Notes: a model not told the origin generated them from the sequence alone. A DNA stretch of 64,000 nucleotides from an uncultured Acidobacteriota bacterium (GCA_963813155.1 CAWEYG010000002.1:224001-288000), one strand, 5' to 3'; positions 43,201 to 53,399 are shown, numbered from the stretch's first letter. A program made the numbers and translations.

Positions 43201-45109
43201 TAAGAACCCCTTTCGAGTCGTACTGCTGGGCGTTCGTGTAATAGGCGATGCATTGGCCCAGGTTCCCCGAGCTGCCGTCCGGGAGGGTGCACTTTCCGTT
43301 CGTGGGAGCGCTCGGATACGAAAATCCAACGACGTAGACGGGAATTTTCATGTTGGTCAACGGAATGAGGGGATCCGAGCCGCCGGAGGGCGGAAAATTG
43401 AACTGAGGGTTTGAATTGCTCAGACTGTCGAGGATGAGAATAATGGCATTGGTCCGACAGGTCGACGGGTCGTCCCACCGCTTGCCGGCGCAGAACCCGT
43501 CAACCGTGTGCGTGTTGCTGGTGCTGCAGCTACTCGCACCGTTGAAATACGTGCCTGCGTCGCTCAACATCTTGTAGAGCGGAAGGCCGCTGCCAACCGC
43601 GTAGGCGGGGGTGATCGAGGGAATGATTTCCGCAGTTTTGCTCTCGGTCGGAGCGAAACTGGAATTGATTCTGTACGAATCGGTTTGCACGAGACCGTCG
43701 ACCAGCTTATCGCAGTAGTTCGTGCAATTTCCTGTCGCGCAACCGACATCCGTGGATGCGTCGAAGATCGGAAAATAGTCGTGCTCCGCATTCGCGACCG
43801 AGCCCTGATAGTTGACCGTATTGTCGAGAACAGCGGACGCCGGGCGCATCGCGCGGAGAATGCACGGCGTCGAGGTTTGAGTATACGACTGCTGCACGTT
43901 GTTCGTGCCGGTCGGCAGCGCGATGTTCGGGCCCGGGGTAAATGGGCTGTATCCGCGCGCCACCATCACCGACGGCAAGGGGGCCGAAGCCGAGTGAAAC
44001 AACCACCCGCCCGAGTCGGCGTTCTGGTTCATGTCGCTGAAGTTGGTCCAGCCCATCGGCTCGTGGGCATACGGATTCGAGTTGGACGATCCATACACGG
44101 TCGGATACGCGCAGGTGGCATCGTCGTCTTCGCAAGCGTTCGTCGGGACGATGTACGTGATCGAGTTCGTGGTACCGACCTGCGTTGCGATGCTCGGCCG
44201 CCGTGATGTCGCAGGGAGCCGACGCGTCTTCTTGCATAGCCAGAGCTGGGTCGAGACGACGAGACTGCCGCCATCGAAAGTCCCGGTGGTGCAGTTCGTC
44301 TGGCACTTCTGGATTCGGTACGGATTTTTCGAGTCCTTCTGCGAAGGACTGGACGAGGAATAGGAGGAGGACGAAAACGTCACGGACTTCTCGTAATTCG
44401 GATTATTGGCGTCCAGTACGAGCGTCGGGGTCGTTCCGTCGGAGCCGAGATAGGGCTGGTGGTAGCCGTCGGTCGTGACGCTGTAGGACGTATCAGAGGG
44501 GTCCCACTGCATGTAGGTTTCCGACCCGACATTCGCTCGGAGTTCCGGTCGTCTTGAGGATTTGATATTTCGTCGAGCCGTAGGTAACCTGGTAGGTGCT
44601 GCTGGTTACGGACCCGAGTGGCGGCCCGAAGTTGAGGTACGTTCCCGCCGGTTGGATGACCCAGTTCGCCGTTCCAGCAAAATTCTCGGCGGTCGTCGAT
44701 ACCAGGGTGTATCGCTTCACAGCGCTGGTATTTTGGAAGTTCTGTCGACCCAAGCGAGAACGTCGTGGCTCCCCAGTTGAAGCTCGTGTTGCTGTGAATC
44801 GTCTGCCGCAGCACCTTCTTGACGATTCCGATCTTCGAGCTCGCGCCATCACCCATTCCGTCGAACGCGCGCCCGTAGGGGTTCGTGCCGGAGCCCGTCG
44901 GGCAGGGGAGACTGTTCGGCTGTGTCTGCCCCGAGAAACAATCCGCCATCGTGTTCGTGTTGCCGACGACGACGAGCACGTTCGGGGGAGCAGCGATCTT
45001 CGTGTAAAGCAGCGCCCGGTCGTCCCCGTTCGCAGCCCCGGGGAGTTGCCCCAGGAGTGCTGCGACGAGCATCAACCGAAGAATCGGGAAAGCGGTTCAG
45101 TTTCGACAT
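40277..45109 (-). CDS. PilY1/PilC-like type IV pilus tip adhesin, ~1600 aa, split by several frameshifts near the 5' end
   Basis: Signal peptide plus PPNVLVVVG; MGDIFHSNP, FAGANDGTFHAFD, GREIFAYVP, FALDVTDP, MGMTWSRP, DYNLDGYVDRIYIGDTQGRLWK, FGTGDR and terminal SWKE. Confidence 0.85.
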
Positions 45110-45140
45110 GTTCCAGGCTCCTTCTCGTGGCGCGTTCGAA

Positions 45141-45656
45141 CTAGGGCGGCTGAGGAACGGGCCCGATGACAAATTCCACCGCGAGCGATTTCGTCGAATT
45201 CAACGAAGAATCGTTCGCGGTCGAAGTAAAGTGATACCCCACGTTGTAGAACTGTGGCCGCCCCTTCTGCGGCGTCAGTGCCTGAAGAGACGTCTGGTTG
45301 AACGGCGACACCTGGACCGTAACGGGTTTTGTCGTGGTGCTGTTGACCATGTTTTCCGGGACGGCAAAACAGAAATAGTTCGTAAATGTGTCACTCCCGA
45401 CCTTGACCTTGCACGAGCCTGTGGTTTGGAGAGAGCGGCTCTGAGCGATCGCGTACTGCACGCCCGAGTCGGCGGCGTAGAACAAGCGATTCGTCGTGGT
45501 TTCGACGCCGGCAATCTGCAGCTCCGTCGTCGTCGTGAAGACCAGAGCAAGGCCAAAGATGGTCAGAATGAAAATTGCAATGATCGCAAGCAACAGGGCC
45601 GCCCCGCGCTCGCCCGCTCGCTTCCTGAAATGAGTGTCTCGTCGCACGTCTCTCAC
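45141..45656 (-). CDS. PilX-like minor pilin
   Basis: ERG|AALLLAIIA (no Glu5) and the PilX N-terminal pattern LFYAADSGV. Start approximate. Confidence 0.8.
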   Translation of the reverse strand: MRDVRRDTHFRKRAGERGAALLLAIIAIFILTIFGLALVFTTTTELQIAGVETTTNRLFYAADSGVQYAIAQSRSLQTTGSCKVKVGSDTFTNYFCFAVPENMVNSTTTKPVTVQVSPFNQTSLQALTPQKGRPQFYNVGYHFTSTANDSSLNSTKSLAVEFVIGPVPQPP

Positions 45657-45664
45657 GTCTCTCT

Positions 45665-47207
45665 TTATTGAATCTGAAGATTTCGGAGGTTGACCCGAAC
45701 CGTCGCCACCCTGCGGTGAAACCTCAGAGCTGTCTGCTGGGGCGACGGAAACTGCACCGGGCTCGCGGCGCTGTCCATCGTGGGCCAACCGAGGTAACCC
45801 GGCCCCTGATACTTCGTGTCGGGATTCGTTCCCTTTGCAACAATTGTGATTTCCAGCGCTTTAAGTTGGGTCAAGTCGCTCGTTCGATCAAACGTTCCCG
45901 ATTCCAGGCTCGCCCGAAACGTTCCAGATCCACTCGTCCTTGTCGATACCCGAAGTGTCTTCCGACGGGTCCGCGTTCGGAGGCGTTGTCGATTTCGACT
46001 TGGTCACGATCGTGGCAAAAGTCGCGTTGGTCGTAATCGAGATCGACTGGTCCGAGGCGTACGGATACGGCCCCGCCGTTGGATCCGTGTAAACCGGCGC
46101 GGGACTCGCAAACGAGCCCGTGTTTCGAATTGCGTCATAAAAGTCCATGCCATAAGCGACTTGAAGATCCTCGATATCGTCCGTGATCGGCGTGACCGTC
46201 GTCGAGCCGGACGTCCAGGGCGTCGTTCCGGAAGGTGGGGGATCGGCCACCGAGAGCACTGGATGGCACGGCCCCGGAGATGTCTGCTGGTTCGCCGTCG
46301 TGCAGGTTCCGCCGGCGGAGCCGTCGTCGATGAAGTAGATACGATCGTCCAGGAAACCGCCACGAATCGGTGTTGCAAATGAGCTGAGGAACGCCCCTCC
46401 CGGGTTAAGAGAGGAGGCGTACGGATAGTCTGCGGCGCTCGTGTCAAGGGTCAGCGAAGCCGAGGAACCCGATGTTCCGATCGTTCCCGTCGTCGTAATC
46501 GCTGTTACGACGCCCACCGCAACAACACCCTGGACGTTGGTCATGTAAAACATCCTTGGTAGAGAAGCCTGAGTGCTCGCCAGGTTCGAAGCGCTGAACA
46601 ACGAGAGGTCATTGGTGACGTAGGGCGTGCATGGCGAGCCCGAAGCGGCGGCAAGATCGGAGTTCGTCGAACATTGCGGGATCTGAAGGGTTCCGGTCGA
46701 AGAGGTCCAGGGAGCGCCCGAAAGATCGTAGAGGGGAGTCGTGATTACACCGCGAATGTGGATCACGTCGGTCCCGGCTCGAATGTGGTGAGGGGTCGTG
46801 CCTGCCGACCCGATGGCATTGGTGGTTACGGTCCCGATGTTGACGTTGTTGACAGACGTCGAGCTCGCGAGCGCAGTCGGGATGGTCGTCGTCTCCAAAC
46901 TGAGCGCTACCGGCAATTGTCGAGAGGTCGCAAGATTGAGAGCGGTGTCGGGATTTGCCGGAAGACCGCCGGCCGCAGCCATCCGAATCTCGCGAACAAT
47001 CTGATAGGCCGCCGAACGAGCACTCTCCTGCGCATCCGAGACGGCATTCTCCGCCTTCGTCATCTGATTACTCTTGTCGAACACAGCCGCCATTCCGATC
47101 ACGATGATCACCATCACAAAGAGCGAGACCAGAAGCTCGACGAGAGAAAATCCCTCGGTGACGAAGGTTCTGCGGACCCGGCCATCGGCGAGATGTCGTC
47201 TGCCCAT
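45665..47207 (-). CDS. PilW-like minor pilin, frameshift near 45880
   Basis: Class III signal EG|FSLVELLV, IVREIRMA, IEDLQVAYG.D and terminal VRVNLRN. Confidence 0.82.
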
Positions 47208-47210
47208 GGT

Positions 47211-47822
47211 CTAAGGAACCTTATACGCCGCGAGGCGTATCTGCTTCCCGGGAACTGTGCCGCTGAAGATACCTGACGTCGACAAAGGTGAGCCCTGATT
47301 CTTCCTCGCGGACACGGCGTAGACGGTAATCACCTTGTAACCTATTGCTCCGGTATTGGGAGACGTCCAATACGAGTCGGTAACCGCGCTTGCAGCACTG
47401 GGCAGAGAGACAGCTACGGGCGAGACCGTCAGATCCGTTCCCGCCGGCATGGCCGACGGCGGAAAGTCCTGAACGGTATACACCATCTGATACGGGAAGG
47501 AGACGGTTTTTCCGTTCACGACCTGAGTCACGGAAAGTTGGTTGGTGTAAATTTGCCCCGGCGGCGAGCCCGAAAGAAACGTGATCGTGGCGCCGTCGGG
47601 CACTGCAAGACGCGCGTCATAAAAGCCGTATTGCAGGACCTGCTCAAGCTCTTGCCGCGCGAGCGAATTGACCTCCGTGTAGTCCCAGCCGACAGCGTTA
47701 CTGATCATACTCAGCGTAAAAAGCGGAGCGATCGCGAGCAATACGATTGCAAGCAAGGCGACCGCAAACAAAACCTCAAGAAGACTGAACCCACTGGGAG
47801 TTGTTCTTGCGTTCCTTTGCAT
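47211..47822 (-). CDS. PilV-like minor pilin
   Basis: Class III signal SG|FSLLEVLFAVALL, and LARQELEQ. Confidence 0.8.
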   Translation of the reverse strand: MQRNARTTPSGFSLLEVLFAVALLAIVLLAIAPLFTLSMISNAVGWDYTEVNSLARQELEQVLQYGFYDARLAVPDGATITFLSGSPPGQIYTNQLSVTQVVNGKTVSFPYQMVYTVQDFPPSAMPAGTDLTVSPVAVSLPSAASAVTDSYWTSPNTGAIGYKVITVYAVSARKNQGSPLSTSGIFSGTVPGKQIRLAAYKVP

Positions 47823-47826
47823 CGCA

Positions 47827-48445
47827 TCAATACCATTTCCACGGAGGACTGACGTACGTCGTCACCCCACTCACGATGAGTTGTTTCGTAATCGCGACCT
47901 TCCCGCTCGCAGCCGCCGGCACACCGACCTGAAGAACATTTCCGCTCGTGTCCGAGACGAATGCCGCCTTGGTCGTGCTTACCGGTGTCGTGGACATCGA
48001 GCCCGAATTCGCAAAAATATAGTCGATGGTTTGCGATGTCGTTCCAGGGGTCGCTTTCCCGTAATCGTCGATCCTAAGGGTCACCTGGCTCGCCGCCGGA
48101 GGGAACGGATAGCTTCCCAGAAGTTGGTCGGTTGCCGAACCGTCGTAGCTTCCGTTCCCGTTTGTGTCGAGGAACATGACCGGATTTCGATAGGAGGTCT
48201 TCCCGGTGTTCGTTGAAACCTCGACAAACACGTTGCTCCCCCGCTTGACGGCCTCAATGCGGGCGCGGATGAGTATGAAATCGACACCCCTCGCGACCGA
48301 ATCCAACCGCGCCCGGCGCGAAATCGCGCCGAAGTACGGCAACGCGATCGCAAGGATGCTCGCGATGATCGCGATCACCACGATGATCTCGGTCAGGGTA
48401 AATCCATCTCCCTTCGGTTCTTCGGCGTCGGTTGTCGTACAGCAT
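47827..48445 (-). CDS. FimT/GspH-like minor pilin, frameshift in the leader near 48415
   Basis: The frame upstream of the ORF-track start reads DG|FTLTEIIVVIAII...ALPYF; also ARIEAVKR and FLDTNGNG. Confidence 0.8.
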
Positions 48446-48462
48446 CGCCAGACCTCGCATGT

Positions 48463-48478
48463 AGCACGCCCGGTGCCC
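48463..48478 (-). promoter_or_regulatory. Candidate sigma54 (-24/-12) promoter of the minor pilin operon
   Basis: Minus strand GGGCAC CGGGC GTGCT gives GG-N10-GC. An AT-rich tract lies at 48502-48528 and a sigma54 activator is encoded nearby. Confidence 0.5.
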
Positions 48479-48604
48479 GATTCGAGGAGGCGCTATCTCA
48501 GAGCTTTCTTATTTGTTTCCTGTTGTTTGGGCGGTTCACGTTGGCGAGCCACCGGAAATCGACCGTTCAACTCCTAGCCGGCGACGTGTTCGATTTTTAT
48601 CCAC

Positions 48605-50540
48605 TCAGGCTTTCAGGTCCGGCAGCTCGATCGTGAAGATCGTCCCAGTATCCGACTCAGCCGAAAACGAGATCTCTCCGCCGTGCTGGTGGACGACCTG
48701 GCGGCAGAGAGCAAGCCCCATCCCGGTGCCTCCCGAACGGCCCGAGACGAACGGATCGAAGATCCTCGTGCCGAGCTTCGGGTCGATGCCGTCCCCGTCG
48801 TCCTCGACGCGGATCACGACACCCGCCGCCGTTCGGTCGCCGGAGAGCTTCACGGTCACGGCGCGTTCCGCGGAAAACGCGGAATTCTCGACGAGGTTCG
48901 TCAGGACGCTCCGGAGGCCTTCCTCGTCCGCCTCGGGAAGCGTGAGGCCCGCGGCGCAGGAGACTTCGATCGTTCTTCAATTTCTCCGGGAAGGAGGCCG
49001 TCCCCCAGTCGGCGCACGCACGCAGCAGCGGCTCGACCGGGCACGGGAACGGGCGCCGCGCGCGGCGCTCGCTGCAGAGCGAGCATCTCCTCCATCATCC
49101 GGGAAAGACGAGCACCCTCTTTGCGGACGATCTCGAAGTACGGACCGAACCGCGCGTCGGCGCCGAGCTCCCCTTCGAGGGCGGCGAGCGTCGACGTGAT
49201 CCCGAACAGCGGATTGCGCACTTCGTGCGCGACGCCCGCGAGCAGCTCCGCCGTCGCGGCGCGGCGTTCCGTCTCGCGGAGGCGGGACTGGACTCGGACG
49301 GACTTATTCGCGCATGCGAACAAAGGCGCGACCGAGCGCACCGATTTCGTCGTCGGCGGGACGGCGTCCTCGCCGGCGCTGTTCGGGGAACTGCGAAAAG
49401 GACCGGGCCTGCGCCTCCAGCTCCTTCAGACGGCCGTGTCAACCCCCGTCCGACCGCCCACGCGAGGAGAATGGTCAGGAGCAGGATCTCGTTCCGATGA
49501 CCGCCACTCGAATTGAGAAGCTGACGAACGACGCCCGCGTCGGGAGGGGCAAGCGTGACGATTCGCCATCCGTCCTCGAGAGCAAGCGACGTCGCGACGC
49601 GCGTGACGCCTCTTCGCAGGGACGATCGAGTCGTTTCCGAGTTTCCCGAGCCGCTCCCTCGATTCTCGGACGCGAGAATTTTCGCGTCGGCGCCCGATGG
49701 ATGCTCGGGCAACGTCGCGACCTTCCGGCCGAAGTAGTCGAGCACGGCGATCGTCCCCGGCTGCGTTCGCGGGACCGTGTCGTCGAGGATCTTGCGCCAT
49801 CGCGCCGCGTCGCGCGCACCGCCGGCCTCGGCCCGGGCGGCGATCGCTCGAAGGCACGCCTCGCGGTCTCTTCGCTCCTCGCTTCGGAGAACTTCTCCGC
49901 CCACGTCATCGCGAGCTGGCCGAAGAGGCCGAACACGATGAACGCGATCCGCCAGGCAGCAGATCAACAATTTCTGCCAGACCGGAAACGCCGTCGTCGG
50001 AGGCGGCACGGCCCCTGCGCGAATCGCGCTGCGGCAAGGGCCGGACGGTCGCCGACTGAAGAAGGAAATACGAGACAGGATGCCGAAAAGGACTCCCGCC
50101 ACGAAACCGAGCGATCTCGAGCTTCGCGGCCTCGAGAGCGGGCGCTCCCGCTCGGAATCCGAAGACCGAACCGCGCCGAAAGAAGAAGAACACCGCTGAG
50201 CGGCCATGCCCGACCGACGGCGGCGTTGCGCGGGTACGCGAGGAGGCGATCGAGAAGTTCCGTCTCCTGCATGACCGCGAGGGATGCTTCGTCGGCGAGA
50301 CGGTGGACCCAGTACGCGGGCAGGAAGACGACCGGCAGCAGCGCGAGAGCGGGCAGCTGCGAGAACAGGAACGACCGGAGATAGCGCGCCTGTTCCGGTT
50401 CGAGCAGCCAGATCTGCCGGGAATTCCACAGGAAGCGAGCAGCGGCCAGAGACCCAGCGGCGGCCACCCTGGACGTCAGCCCGACCCGAAGGGAAAGCCG
50501 GCGCGGATCAAGCGGCTCCTTGCCGCTCGCAGTCAGGTCG
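48605..50540 (-). CDS. Membrane sensor histidine kinase (PilS/NtrB-like), heavily frameshifted; start approximate
   Basis: TM-rich N-terminal fragments, H-box LLAGVAHEVRNPL and HATPase motifs EDDGDGI, IFDPF and GGTGMGLAL. Confidence 0.75.
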
Positions 50541-50555
50541 GACGGTCCTCCGCCG

Positions 50556-50827
50556 CTACCGAATGCCGGCGACCGCGCGCGGCGCAGGAGCACCTCGAAG
50601 GAGGCCTTCCGAGCTCAAGTCCTCATCGACGTCAGGCCAGTGGATTCCGTACCCGGCACCGACGATCGCCAGTTTTTCCTCTGCTCGGGAGTCGCGTCCA
50701 GGAGCCGCGGGTACCAGACGAGAGGAACCGTGATCGTGCGGCCGTCGATAAGGTCGACGCTCAGAGTGTCTTCCGTGAAGTGAACGTCCCGGATCGCTTC
50801 GCCGGCTCTAGGTTCCGAAGTACTCAT
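50556..50827 (-). CDS. DUF2442 family protein, one frameshift near 50668
   Basis: LSVDLIDGRTITVPLVWYPRLLDATPEQRKNW, then in another frame GYGIHWPDVDEDLSSEGLL. Confidence 0.85.
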
Positions 50828-50888
50828 CACCGAGGTCATGACTCACGAAGTATATTCGATACGCGCCGCTCGAGAGTACCGTCGGCAT
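50808..50888 (-). pseudogene. DUF4160 remnant with an internal deletion (26 aa)
   Basis: Manual translation MPTVLSSGAYRIYFVSHDLGDEYFGT joins a DUF4160-like N-terminus directly to an EYFG C-terminus that overlaps the DUF2442 start. Confidence 0.65.
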
Positions 50889-50918
50889 CGCTGCAGCTTA
50901 ACAAAAACGTCCTTGTCT

Positions 50919-52292
50919 TCAGCGATCGAAGGACTCCTCCTCGACCTTGATCTTCGCGTACAGCGTCGCCCGCGTGATGCCGAGGATCTCCGCGGCGGCG
51001 GACTTGTTGCCGCCCGTGAGCCTCAGCACCTGCGCGACGTACTCGCGCTCTTTCTGCTCGAGCGTCGGGAGCGGCCCCTGCGCGGCGTCCTGCGGAACGC
51101 CGAGAAGCCGCGTGACCTCCACGGAATCGATCGAGTCGTCGCCGGAGAGAATCGAGACGCGCTCCGCGAAATTGCGGACTTCCCGCACGTTGCCCGGCCA
51201 CGAATACGCCGTGAGCATTCGCTGCGCCCCCGGCGAGAAGTTCCGCGGCGCCCGGCCGGCCTTCGTATCGAACTCGGCGAGGAACTCGCGAGCGAGGAGC
51301 GGCGCGTCGGAAGCCCGCTCCCGCAGCGGCGGGAGCCGGAGCTGCAGGACGTTCAGGCGGAAGTACAGGTCCTGCCGGAATCGCCCGGCGGCGACCTCGT
51401 CCTGCAGGTTGCGGTTGCTCGCCACGAGGACGCGGCAGTCGACTTCGCGCTCCGCGATTCCGCCGACGCGGTGGAACCGCTTCTCTTCGATCGCCTTGAG
51501 GAGGCGGGGCTGCAGCGAGAGGTCGATCTCGGCCACCTCGTCGAGAAAGAGCGTGCCCCGGTGGGCGAGCTCGAAGAGCCCCGGCTTGGCCGAAGCGGCG
51601 CCGGTGAAGGAGCCCTTCTCGTGGCCGAACAGCTCCGATTCCATGAGGTCGCGGGAGAGTCCCGCGCAATTCACGTTGACGAACGGCGCGTTCGCCCGGG
51701 GGCTCCACTGGTGGATCTGCCTCGCGAGCACGCCCTTCCCGGTGCCGCTCTCGCCCGTCAGGACGACGAGCGCGCCCGACTTCGCGACGCGCCGGGCCTG
51801 CTCGAGCAGGTCGAGAACGCTCGGGGAGCTGCCCCAGAAGAGCTCCGCGCCGGACTTCTCCACCTCCCGGCGGAGCGCGCGATTTTCGGCCTCCAGCCGG
51901 ATCGAGTCGGAGATCCGCTCGAGCACCCGGAAAAGGTGCTCTGGAGCGACGGGCTTCGTGAAGAAGTTCTCCGCCCCGTTCTTGACGGCCTCGACGGCCG
52001 TCTCGATCGACCCGAAACCGGTCATCATCACGACACGCGCGTCCGGACGCGCAGAGCGGATCCGGGCGAGCCCCGAGAGGCCGTCCGAGTCCGGGAGTTT
52101 CAGATCGAGCAGCACGGCATCCGGCCGGAATCGCTCCAGCGAGGCGAGGGCCTCCGCGAGGCTCGCGGCGCCGTCGGAGAGGGCGCCGCGCTGGTCCAGG
52201 AGTTTGCGCAGCCCGAATCGAATCGAATCCTCGTCGTCGACGACCAGGACGCGCAGGCCCGCAAGTTCGGAGTCGGAAGAACGGTCGATCAG
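50919..52292 (-). CDS. Sigma54-dependent response regulator (PilR/NtrC family), probable CTG start
   Basis: REC domain (VLVVDDE, LLDLKLP), GESGTGK, ESELFGHEKGSFTGA, LFLDEV, WPGNVRE and HTH GNKSAAAEILGITRATLY. Confidence 0.92.
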   Translation of the reverse strand: MIDRSSDSELAGLRVLVVDDEDSIRFGLRKLLDQRGALSDGAASLAEALASLERFRPDAVLLDLKLPDSDGLSGLARIRSARPDARVVMMTGFGSIETAVEAVKNGAENFFTKPVAPEHLFRVLERISDSIRLEAENRALRREVEKSGAELFWGSSPSVLDLLEQARRVAKSGALVVLTGESGTGKGVLARQIHQWSPRANAPFVNVNCAGLSRDLMESELFGHEKGSFTGAASAKPGLFELAHRGTLFLDEVAEIDLSLQPRLLKAIEEKRFHRVGGIAEREVDCRVLVASNRNLQDEVAAGRFRQDLYFRLNVLQLRLPPLRERASDAPLLAREFLAEFDTKAGRAPRNFSPGAQRMLTAYSWPGNVREVRNFAERVSILSGDDSIDSVEVTRLLGVPQDAAQGPLPTLEQKEREYVAQVLRLTGGNKSAAAEILGITRATLYAKIKVEEESFDR

Positions 52293-52316
52293 GGGTGAAA
52301 TTATAGTCCTCACGCC

Positions 52317-52390
52317 TCCTCTCCCGCGCTTCGCTGCCACTAGGCTCGCCTCGAGGGAGAGGGTGGAGCGCCGAAGGCGCGGAGGGTGAG
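52317..52390. repeat. Family-3 repeat upstream of the four-helix-bundle gene (one arm disrupted)
   Basis: CCTCTCCCGCGCTTCGCTGCC...TCGAGGGAGAGGGTGGAGCGCCGAAGGCGCGGAGGGTGAG. Confidence 0.85.
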
Positions 52391-52461
52391 CGGACGGCAT
52401 CGAAGCGCAGGTGCGCCTTGGGCGGGGGAGAAGACCACGTTCGGATTAGAATCGGTCCCCC

Positions 52462-52806
52462 ATGCCTCACCCCTCTTACAAAGACCATCCGCTGTGGAAA
52501 GAAGCGATCGACCTCGTCACGGAAGCCTATGCGCTCGCCGAGAAGGCCCGGGGCGCCGCGCCCCTCGTTTCGCGCCACCTGCGCAAGGCGGCCGTCGCGG
52601 TGCCGGCGAACATCGCCGAGTCTCTCGACGTGGAACGCGGCGACAAGCGCCACGAGAGTCACCTGCGCGCGCGGGGAGCCCTCGCGGAAATCGAGCGCCA
52701 GACGCAGAAGCTGCCGGAGGAGCTCTCCGTGGAGGGCGATTTGCTGGCGGAACGGGCGAGGGGTTTGTTCTGGAAAATGGGTCGAGGGAAGAAAAGTGAG
52801 GAGTAA
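52462..52806 (+). CDS. Four-helix-bundle protein (23S rRNA intervening-sequence protein/bAvd-like family)
   Basis: SYKDHPLWKEAIDLVTEAY, LRKAAVAVPANIAE and ARGALAEIERQ match the family pattern. Confidence 0.8.
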   Translation: MPHPSYKDHPLWKEAIDLVTEAYALAEKARGAAPLVSRHLRKAAVAVPANIAESLDVERGDKRHESHLRARGALAEIERQTQKLPEELSVEGDLLAERARGLFWKMGRGKKSEE

Positions 52807-52841
52807 GTCGTGAGGAGTATCTGCGCCCAGGATCGTCGGCT

Positions 52842-52926
52842 CCCCCTCACCCGCGCTTCGCTTGCCCTCTCGCCCCTGCGAGGCGCCTGAGAGGGTGGAG
52901 CGCCGAAGGCGCGGAGGGTGAGGGGG
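52842..52926. repeat. Family-3 repeat downstream of the four-helix-bundle gene
   Basis: CCCCCTCACCCGCGCTTCGCTTGCCCTCTC...GAGAGGGTGGAGCGCCGAAGGCGCGGAGGGTGAGGGGG. The right arm is identical to that of 52317-52390. Confidence 0.88.
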
Positions 52927-52931
52927 CACCG

Positions 52932-53276
52932 GTGAAAAGCGGGAAGCTCCTCGTCGCGGGGATGATCCTCTTAATCGCGATCGGCATCGCGTTTTTCGCG
53001 TCGAGGCCGAAGCCGCAGGTCGCGCTCTCGTCGAACCCCGCGGTCAACCAGAACGCGGCGCACGTCCTGCCGGGACGGACGTACGAGCAACGGGCGAAGA
53101 TCGATCCCGGCCTGACGCAGGCGCAGGTCGCCGCCGCGCTCGGCGAGCCCTCCGAGTCTTCGGAGAGCCGCGGGGACGTCGTCTCCGCCCGGTGGAACTA
53201 CCTGTACAAGGACGGGAATCTCGCCGTGCGGCTCCGCGCCGGGCGCGTCACCGAGATCGAGACGACGTTCTACTGA
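52932..53276 (+). CDS. Small membrane-anchored protein, SmpA/OmlA (BamE)-like domain
   Basis: N-terminal hydrophobic segment and IDPGLTQAQVAAALGEP...WNY pattern. Confidence 0.6.
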   Translation: MKSGKLLVAGMILLIAIGIAFFASRPKPQVALSSNPAVNQNAAHVLPGRTYEQRAKIDPGLTQAQVAAALGEPSESSESRGDVVSARWNYLYKDGNLAVRLRAGRVTEIETTFY

Positions 53277-53284
53277 GAATTCCG

Positions 53285-53387
53285 CCTCTCCCCTAGTGGG
53301 AGAGGCCGCCGCAAAGCGGCGGGTGAGGGGGCGGGCCCCCCACGCGAGCCACCCCTCACCCCGACCCTCTCCCACAAGGGGAGAGGG
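53285..53387. repeat. Family-3 repeat doublet between convergent genes
   Basis: CCTCTCCC CTAGT GGGAGAGG...GGGTGAGGGG, spacer, CCCCTCACCC CGA CCCTCTCCC ACAAG GGGAGAGGG. Confidence 0.9.
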
Positions 53388-53399
53388 TGAATATGGCCC

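Noticed and set aside
52365-52390. CGCCGAAGGCGC resembling the glycine riboswitch core
   Set aside because: It is the small variable hairpin inside family-3 arms. The downstream CTCTCAGG element is absent and no glycine-related gene follows.
52462-52806. Diversity-generating retroelement, suggested by the Avd-like protein near pilin genes
   Set aside because: There is no reverse transcriptase and no template/variable repeat pair differing at adenines in the window.
37663-53387. Family-3 repeats as a CRISPR array or integron attC sites
   Set aside because: They are dispersed, not regularly spaced with unique spacers. There are no cas or integrase genes and no RYYYAAC/GTTRRRY cores.
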